Shown piece after piece: positions 26,185-31,592 of a DNA stretch of 31,592 nt; the stretch's first letter is position 1, and each line of letters opens with the position of its first letter. Under the pieces are notes generated by a model. The model did not search any database. It was given only the letters and a program-made list of their open reading frames with translations, and had not been told where the DNA came from. The stretch comes from Candidatus Bathyarchaeota archaeon (lineage in GTDB: Archaea; Thermoproteota; Bathyarchaeia; TCS64), in contig JBDRQD010000079.1 of the NCBI GenBank assembly GCA_043826455.1, positions 1 to 31,592 of the forward strand, read 5' to 3'. The position numbers and the translations under genes were made by a program.

Positions 26185-26355
26185 AATACATCTAATAGAT
26201 ACAAAGCATAACTTATATATGTACCCCTTTTCAATTAGGTATTTTAGGAAATGTTATGAAAAAGCTTTTTTTCTGAAACGGTTTAACCGTTATTTAATGT
26301 GATTGTGTTATTAAATCCAAACAATTATTAGTTATCCTGCATATTTAGAGGTGAT

Positions 26356-26631
26356 ATGAAGGAAGAGCACGTGGTTTTTATCGGGAGTAAACCTGTCTTG
26401 GACTACTGTTTGGCCACAATGACGGCGATGAATAACTCTGGAGGCAGAGCCGTGCTCAAGGCCAGGGGCCAGGCCATCGCCAACGCCGTGAGCGTGGCTG
26501 AGGTTCTTAGAAATAGGTTCATGAAGGGCCTTGAGGTGGGTGGCATTAAAATAGGCACCGTTGAACTGGAGGGAGCTGACGGGTTCATGAGGAACGTCAG
26601 CACCATTGAGATAGAGCTCAACCAGGGCTAG
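26356..26631 (+). CDS. albA: DNA/RNA-binding protein Alba
   Basis: VFIGSKPVLDY, LKARGQAI..AV.VAEVLRNRF, I.IGT, NVSTIEI.L; GAGGTGA RBS. Confidence 0.95.
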   Translation: MKEEHVVFIGSKPVLDYCLATMTAMNNSGGRAVLKARGQAIANAVSVAEVLRNRFMKGLEVGGIKIGTVELEGADGFMRNVSTIEIELNQG

Positions 26632-26639
26632 GTGATGTG

Positions 26640-26813
26640 TTGAGCGGCCTGACACTGGATGTCTTCCTCAAACAGGCTGAGGATGGTGGGCAAGATTTGC
26701 AGGTCTGCCCAAGATGTGGCTACCGGGTCCCGCGTCGTATTGCTCTGTGCTGGAGATGCGGCGAGCTCCTGGACCGGCAGCTGATCCGGCTGGTCAGGAG
26801 CCGTGATGCTTAG
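26640..26813 (+). CDS. small Zn-ribbon protein (57 aa, missing from the ORF track)
   Basis: TTG after GGTGA overlapping the alba stop: MSGLTLDVFLKQAEDGGQDLQVCPRCGYRVPRRIALCWRCGELLDRQLIRLVRSRDA; CxxCG-x9-CxxCG. Confidence 0.8.
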   Translation: MSGLTLDVFLKQAEDGGQDLQVCPRCGYRVPRRIALCWRCGELLDRQLIRLVRSRDA

Positions 26814-26864
26814 ACCTCTCCTGAAAGGTTTGTGTTCTTCGTGTGGGAGCCGCGCCTTGTTGCT

Positions 26865-27086
26865 CTATTTCTCCTCATGGTATTCTCTAGCGTCCTGAGC
26901 GGAGCTGAACCCTATCCAGTCTCCGTTCCGGTGTAGACTGTTCACTTCTTTGGTCTTGCTTGGCTCCGGGCTGCAGTGAATACAGTTGTATCTGTGAAGC
27001 TTGACCATGTTGGTGGAGTGATCCATGTTGAGCCAGAAACTAGGTTTCTTGGTTTCGTCATCCATTTCCATCGAATATCTTTGCAT
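26865..27086 (-). CDS. paralogue of the 17435-17665 Zn-finger protein, C-terminally truncated (possible pseudogene)
   Basis: 19/50 identities without gaps (WLN.D..T....LHR..C..C.P.....K..N.L...G.W..F.S...A); stops before the distal CxxC. Confidence 0.65.
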   Translation of the reverse strand: MQRYSMEMDDETKKPSFWLNMDHSTNMVKLHRYNCIHCSPEPSKTKEVNSLHRNGDWIGFSSAQDAREYHEEK

Positions 27087-27180
27087 TTGGGGTCGAAATA
27101 ATAGATGATATGATATATATTTACCTGTTAAACGCGAAATGCGATGATTTCTAATACTTTTTATAATTTGTTGATGCGAG

Positions 27181-27215
27181 TTTTTTCAACATGATCATTT
27201 AAAATGTTGAAAAAA
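27181..27215. promoter_or_regulatory. perfect 12-bp inverted repeat upstream of csp
   Basis: TTTTTTCAACAT-N11-ATGTTGAAAAAA, followed by TTTATTAA and a GAAGGTGA RBS. Confidence 0.65.
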
Positions 27216-27252
27216 TAGGATTTATTAATGGTGGGGTCTATTAGAAGGTGAA

Positions 27253-27453
27253 ATGAAGGGAACGATAGTAAAATGGTTTGACTTTAGAGGCTTCGGTTTC
27301 ATTGAGCCAGAGGGTGAAGAAGACAACGTATTCGCTCACGTATCGGAGTTCAAGAGTAGAACCGATATGCTCAAGGTTGGACTTGACGTAGAGTTCGAGG
27401 TTGAGTCCAGCTGGAAGGGCCCAAGAGCCGTGAACATTAAACCGTTGAACTGA
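27253..27453 (+). CDS. csp: cold-shock domain protein
   Basis: MKGT..KWF..RGFGFI (RNP1), VFAH.S (RNP2), VEFEV....KGPRAVN. Confidence 0.95.
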   Translation: MKGTIVKWFDFRGFGFIEPEGEEDNVFAHVSEFKSRTDMLKVGLDVEFEVESSWKGPRAVNIKPLN

Positions 27454-27522
27454 TTCGCAGACACTTCTGCGCAGCTAAACCGACTTCTCCGGTATTGCGT
27501 TAGTAGTTTCGAAGTGATCTAA

Positions 27523-28878
27523 ATGCACGTATGTATAATATCCGAGAATTCCTACCCTGTGAGCCGGGGAGGTGTAAGTGAATGGTGCTCATCTCTAATC
27601 AATGGGCTGCCTGAGGTAGGCTTCAGCGTTTTCACAATCGCACCCGACTGCACTCTAAAATACCCTCTTCCTTCAAACATACAGAGTGTCGAGATAGCTG
27701 AACTAACGCAGCCAAGGTTCAAGAGTCGGAGGAAGCTGGGTTCTGAGGCTTCAAGAACCTTAAAGACTCTGAGCCCCCTGCTCAGAGGAGAGCCACTTAA
27801 CTGTCAGAAGCTATTTGAATGCACTCAAGAAGCAGATTACAGTGCAGAGGAGTTAATATCCTCCGATGAAAACCATGAGCTTCTCATAAAAGTCTACGAG
27901 CAATCCTTCAAAGGGGAACCATTTGTTCCGTTCTACTACTCATGGGTCTCACTTTTCTACCTACTATACAAGACCATAGAACTATACAATGAGCTGCCTT
28001 TTACGGACATAAACCACGCCCTTAACACGGGGTACGCTGGCCTCCTTGGCTCCTTGGCCAAGGTGGATAGAGGCACGCCTCTTCTTGTAAGCGAGCACGG
28101 GCTATACCTGAAGGAGAGAAACTTTGAGCTCAAATACAGTGAGGTCCAGCCATGGCTGCATGATCTTTACCGGAACTTTTTCACTGGGCTTGTGAAGACA
28201 TCATACAAGTACAGCGACAAGGTCACATCCGTCTGCCAGGACCATGTACACTACCAGAAACAGATAGACCCAAACGTCAAGATTAAAGTGATCTACAACG
28301 GCGTAGACACTGACAAGTTCAAGTTCAACGACGTTGCCGAAAACCGGGAACACTATAGTGTTGGCACAGTAAGTAGAGTCAACCCCATCAAAGATCAGCT
28401 CACCCTCATAAGATCGGTTCCCCATGTTTTGCAGAAACACGACGCGGTGTTTTACGTGGTCGGCCAAGTGGAGGATGAAGAGTACTATGAAGAGTGCAAT
28501 CAACTGGTGGATGAGCTTGGACTGAGTGGTCGCGTTAAGTTTACTGGGTTCCAGAACAGTTCTGAGTGGTACCCAAGGTTTGATGTTTTTATTCTACCTT
28601 CGTTGTCAGAGGGGTTCCCTTTGACCATCTTGGAGGCTTTAAGCTCCGGTGTCCCATGTATCGCTACTAATGTGGGTGGTGTTAGTGAGATACTAAGCAA
28701 GGACTATCTTGTTGATAAATGGGATCCCCGTGGTCTGGCTTCTAAGATAAACTGGCTTCTTGAGGACGATGATCAGCGTAAGATAACACGGTACCTGGGC
28801 CGAAGGCTTGTTGAGAGGCGTTTCAGCTTAGATGCCATGGTTTCTGAGTATAAGAGAATTTATGAGGGTCTTTGTTGA
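27523..28878 (+). CDS. pelF: PelF-like GT4 glycosyltransferase (DUF3492 + GT4)
   Basis: E..YP...GGVS.W...LI.GLP, H...TGYAG..G, LL.SEHGLY.KER, R..PIKD..T.I, S.SEG.PL.ILEA (E-x7-E). Confidence 0.85.
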   Translation: MHVCIISENSYPVSRGGVSEWCSSLINGLPEVGFSVFTIAPDCTLKYPLPSNIQSVEIAELTQPRFKSRRKLGSEASRTLKTLSPLLRGEPLNCQKLFECTQEADYSAEELISSDENHELLIKVYEQSFKGEPFVPFYYSWVSLFYLLYKTIELYNELPFTDINHALNTGYAGLLGSLAKVDRGTPLLVSEHGLYLKERNFELKYSEVQPWLHDLYRNFFTGLVKTSYKYSDKVTSVCQDHVHYQKQIDPNVKIKVIYNGVDTDKFKFNDVAENREHYSVGTVSRVNPIKDQLTLIRSVPHVLQKHDAVFYVVGQVEDEEYYEECNQLVDELGLSGRVKFTGFQNSSEWYPRFDVFILPSLSEGFPLTILEALSSGVPCIATNVGGVSEILSKDYLVDKWDPRGLASKINWLLEDDDQRKITRYLGRRLVERRFSLDAMVSEYKRIYEGLC

Positions 28879-29510
28879 CGGCGATTACATTCCCTTTGAA
28901 AAAGTTCCCGGGTCAGTTTAAGCACGAGAGTATGGTGTTCACTGGGAGAATTATTGCTCAGCCTATTATACTCTCAGTGTCGCTGGCTTTTCACATAATT
29001 CTGGTCTACCTCATAAGGATCCGGTTCGTTGAAGCCCTATTATACTCGCTGCCACTGCTCTTTTCGATAGCACTGCATGTGGTTTATCTGTTTAAGGTGA
29101 AAAAAAGTAATACCGATTATTTTGACATCAGTTTGACCCAAATAAGGACCCGTTTCAAGGAGGATGAAGCATATTTCAACGTGGTTTGCGATCTCGGAGT
29201 CATAATATCTCTATTAGTAATTGCACACGCCTATATTGGTGAAGCCACGACCCCGCTGTTAGTGTCTATGAATTCGTCTCTTCTTAGTCTATTATATTGT
29301 GCTTCCGTGTATATTGGGCTTTACACGAAAAAGCGCATTGCATCATACATCGCTGTTGGTGTAGTTGTTGAGGCGGTCATCATGTTGGGGGTGGTCGCAG
29401 GTGTTCACTTTGTCTTGTATTCCTTGACTGCCTTGGTTGTGATCCATTATATCCGTGAAAGAACGAAAGGGCATAGCTTGTTCAAACTACTCCAGCTTAT
29501 AGTTAAGTAA
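28872..29510 (+). CDS. polytopic membrane protein (about 6 TM) coupled to pelF
   Basis: Overlaps the pelF stop; several hydrophobic helices; family not recognised. Confidence 0.7.
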   Translation: MLTAITFPLKKFPGQFKHESMVFTGRIIAQPIILSVSLAFHIILVYLIRIRFVEALLYSLPLLFSIALHVVYLFKVKKSNTDYFDISLTQIRTRFKEDEAYFNVVCDLGVIISLLVIAHAYIGEATTPLLVSMNSSLLSLLYCASVYIGLYTKKRIASYIAVGVVVEAVIMLGVVAGVHFVLYSLTALVVIHYIRERTKGHSLFKLLQLIVK

Positions 29511-29604
29511 TCCATGAAAATGGTTACTAACAATTCATCAGAGGTCTTTCCATAACTTTTATAATGTATTAATGGTGCCCTGAAATAACCAGAGTAATAA
29601 AACA

Positions 29605-30966
29605 ATGGTAAACTTGCCAATAACTGAAGGAGAAGGCGGAAGTAAACATGAAAAACTACGTCTATCTGACGGTATAAATAAAAAACATATCGCTGCTGAT
29701 TCGCTTACTCTTGGGCCAGTTTCTGTTGTGGTTATTGGGGCTGGTGAAAGGGGCAGAGTTTACTCTGAATATGGTTTGAGTTTCCCGGAGAAGATGCGGG
29801 TCGTGGGGGTCGCTGAGCCGAGGGAACGCTGGAGAAGATGGATGGCGGAGAGATACGGTATCTCCTCATCGAATATTTTTGAGGACTGGAGTGAGGTGTT
29901 TGAGAGGGAGAGGTTCGCTGATGCGGTGATCATAGCTACACCTGACAGGCTCCACGCGGACCCAGCCACCGCGGCTGCGAAAAGGGGGTACCATATTCTA
30001 CTTGAGAAGCCTATGGCTCCGACGGAGGAAGAGTGCAGGTCAATAGTAGACGCGGTTGTGGAGAATAACGTCATTTTTAGTGTTTGCCACGTCTTAAGGC
30101 ATACTAACTATACACGTGAACTTAAACGGCTAATAGAGTCAGGGGAACTGGGTGATATCATCTCTATCCAGCACTTGGAACCGGTGGGTCACTGGCACCA
30201 GGCACACTCCTTTGTCAGGGGTAACTGGAGACGAAGCGACGAGTCAAGCTCTATGCTCCTCGCTAAGTCATGTCACGATGTGGACTGGATCAGGTACGTT
30301 ATTGGTACACGGTGCAAGTCGGTGGCGTCTTTTGGCTATCTCAGCCACTTTAGAAAAGAGATGAGGCCTGTGGACGCTGCTGATAGGTGCCTTGACTGCC
30401 CTGTGAGTGTTGAGGAGCGTTGCCCGTACTCAGCTAAGAAGATCTATAGAGGTTTCCTCGAGAAGGGCATTAAAGGTTGGCCTGTGGAGGTAGTTACCGA
30501 GGATTTGGATGAGGGGGGCCTGGATATAGCTTTGAGGGTGGGCCCCTATGGGCGGTGTGTTTACGCGTGCGATAATGATGTGGTGGATAATCAGGTTACC
30601 ATCATGGAGTTTGAGGGTGGAAAAACGGCTTCATTTACTATGACGGCCTTTACCGAGGCTGCTCCTCGGAAGACGCGTGTTTTCGGGACTAGGGGTGAGG
30701 TGGATGCTGATGGTCGCTATATTAGGGTTTTCAATTTTTTAGATAATAAGTGGACGGTCATGGATACTGTTAGGGATGAGCATGATCTTGTAGGTCATGA
30801 GGGAGGTGATCTCGGCGTCGTAGAGAAATTTGTGGAGGCTGTGCGTTTCAATGATGCTTCAAGGATACTGACGGGGCCTTACGAGACTTTGGAGAGCCAT
30901 TTAATAGTTTTCGCAGCTGAACGATCAAGAGTGGAGAGGAAGGTTATTGAAATTTCACTTAACTGA
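29605..30966 (+). CDS. Gfo/Idh/MocA family oxidoreductase (start uncertain)
   Basis: VIGAGERG, DAVIIATPD..H, HILLEKP, CHVLR, HSFVRGNW, LAKSCHD.D, YGRCVYACDNDVVD.Q, H.GGD. Confidence 0.92.
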   Translation: MVNLPITEGEGGSKHEKLRLSDGINKKHIAADSLTLGPVSVVVIGAGERGRVYSEYGLSFPEKMRVVGVAEPRERWRRWMAERYGISSSNIFEDWSEVFERERFADAVIIATPDRLHADPATAAAKRGYHILLEKPMAPTEEECRSIVDAVVENNVIFSVCHVLRHTNYTRELKRLIESGELGDIISIQHLEPVGHWHQAHSFVRGNWRRSDESSSMLLAKSCHDVDWIRYVIGTRCKSVASFGYLSHFRKEMRPVDAADRCLDCPVSVEERCPYSAKKIYRGFLEKGIKGWPVEVVTEDLDEGGLDIALRVGPYGRCVYACDNDVVDNQVTIMEFEGGKTASFTMTAFTEAAPRKTRVFGTRGEVDADGRYIRVFNFLDNKWTVMDTVRDEHDLVGHEGGDLGVVEKFVEAVRFNDASRILTGPYETLESHLIVFAAERSRVERKVIEISLN

Positions 30967-31008
30967 TTTCCTTTTCTGATGCGATTGATTTCTGATTTTA
31001 TATGTTCT

Positions 31009-31299
31009 CCATCAGACGCGACCAGGGCGTTTCTAGGGGATGTTCCCTCGTTGAAGGGTGTTAAGGTGGCCGCCTTTGACACGAGGATCGCTCAGGAGGA
31101 TGTTGGCAACCCTGTGTTGAGGTTCATGGTGAGGCTCTTCGGCTACGCTGCTAAGCCCATTGCTGATAGGCTTGTGAAGAGGGGCGGGGAGCTTGTGGGT
31201 GAGCCCATGGGGTTCATGGTGTTGGGCAGTGAGGGGCCGTTGAGGGAGGGGGAGCTTGAACGGGCTGTTTCCTGGGCTCAGAAGCTCGTGGCTTTCTAG
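31009..31299 (+). pseudogene. 5'-truncated flavodoxin-like gene
   Basis: P...RAFL..V..LKGVKVAAFDTR...FGYAA..IA..L...G......P.GF.V.G.EGPLREGELERA..W is the C-terminal part of a flavodoxin; the S..GNT loop and GSPT are absent and upstream DNA is AT-rich TGATT-like sequence. Confidence 0.75.
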
Positions 31300-31326
31300 T
31301 TTGCGTGCAGGCTTATCAAATAATTA

Positions 31327-31515
31327 GTTTAGATGGACTGGTGATCGAGGCTGTTTGATGTTCTATTGGAGCAGCGCGGGGTTGCCGTGGGTCTTCTCTG
31401 CTTGTGTGGCTCTGGCTGTGACGCCGTACCTCCAGTCCACGGACTCCTTGAATTTGATGAGTTGGTCGGGCAGGGTGGCTTCCAGTTTCTCCAGGTATGT
31501 CCTCAAGTTCTGCAT
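31327..31515 (-). pseudogene. ubiD: ubiD 5' remnant with nonsense codon
   Basis: MQNLRTYLEKLEATLPDQLIKFKESVDWRYGVTARATQAEKTHGNPALLQ*NIKQPRSPVHLN* versus intact MSNLRTYLKKLDTALPGQLIKVKEPVDWKYGITARATQAEKTPGNPALLLENIKGYKTPVLIN; TAG at 31363-31365. Confidence 0.9.
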
Positions 31516-31564
31516 GGATTCAGGGTGGAAACATAGAAATTAAAAGGCTTGTAGAGGTCGATTA
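31354..31564 (+). repeat. direct repeat copy 2 (ubiD 5' end plus promoter)
   Basis: Gap-free partner of 25304-25514. Confidence 0.95.
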
Positions 31565-31592
31565 TTTGTACCAAAAATCAATTTAATTCATA

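Larger units (their letters stand above)
25515..31353. mobile_element. putative genomic islet between the ubiD-derived direct repeats (no mobility gene seen)
   Basis: Lower GC in much of the segment (spot counts 25/60 at 27961-28020 and 21/60 at 29101-29160, versus 37/60 at 5041-5100), flanking repeats, gene remnants at the right edge. Confidence 0.45.

Noticed and set aside
26640..26813. Ribosomal protein L40e identity for the Zn-ribbon
   Set aside because: Cys spacing is similar, but the ARN and C-terminal LRxK features are absent.
25533..27199. Shared TGATCATT in the ubiD and csp dyads
   Set aside because: A single 8-mer at non-equivalent positions in AT-rich DNA; insufficient for a common regulator.
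25515..31353. Provirus, IS or classic defence island
   Set aside because: No integrase, transposase, capsid, methyltransferase or intact nuclease motifs; kept only as a putative islet.
31355..31543. Plus-strand 62-aa ORF in the track
   Set aside because: Antisense shadow of the ubiD remnant.

Overview
Archaeal chromosomal segment. Evidence: an Alba gene, TATA-like boxes about 25-30 bp before start codons, GGTGA ribosome-binding sites and output-less receiver proteins. The gene repertoire and roughly 60% GC backbone suggest Ca. Bathyarchaeia, which is an inference. The backbone carries peptide and organic-acid catabolic enzymes (Rid family, atypical GGT, M42 peptidase, FAH family plus DUF3830, aldo/keto reductase, UbiD), a two-component set (two stand-alone receivers and a REC-3xPAS hybrid kinase) and several secreted or surface proteins (collagen-like, repeat-module protein, 7-blade propeller adhesin). 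Two lower-GC islets stand out. The first (~17.4-18.8 kb) is a coupled three-gene operon: unknown-domain+PAS protein, coiled-coil microprotein, Cys/His Zn-finger microprotein. The second (~25.5-31.0 kb) holds a degenerate Mrr-like protein, Alba plus an unannotated Zn-ribbon, a truncated paralogue of the Zn-finger, Csp, PelF-like GT4 plus a membrane protein, and a Gfo/Idh/MocA enzyme. The second islet is bracketed by a gap-free ~80% identical direct repeat of the ubiD promoter and 5' end (offset 6050 bp); the right copy is a nonsense-truncated remnant next to a beheaded flavodoxin. No rRNA, tRNA, CRISPR array, integrase or transposase was seen. All family calls are by eye from motifs, not database searches.
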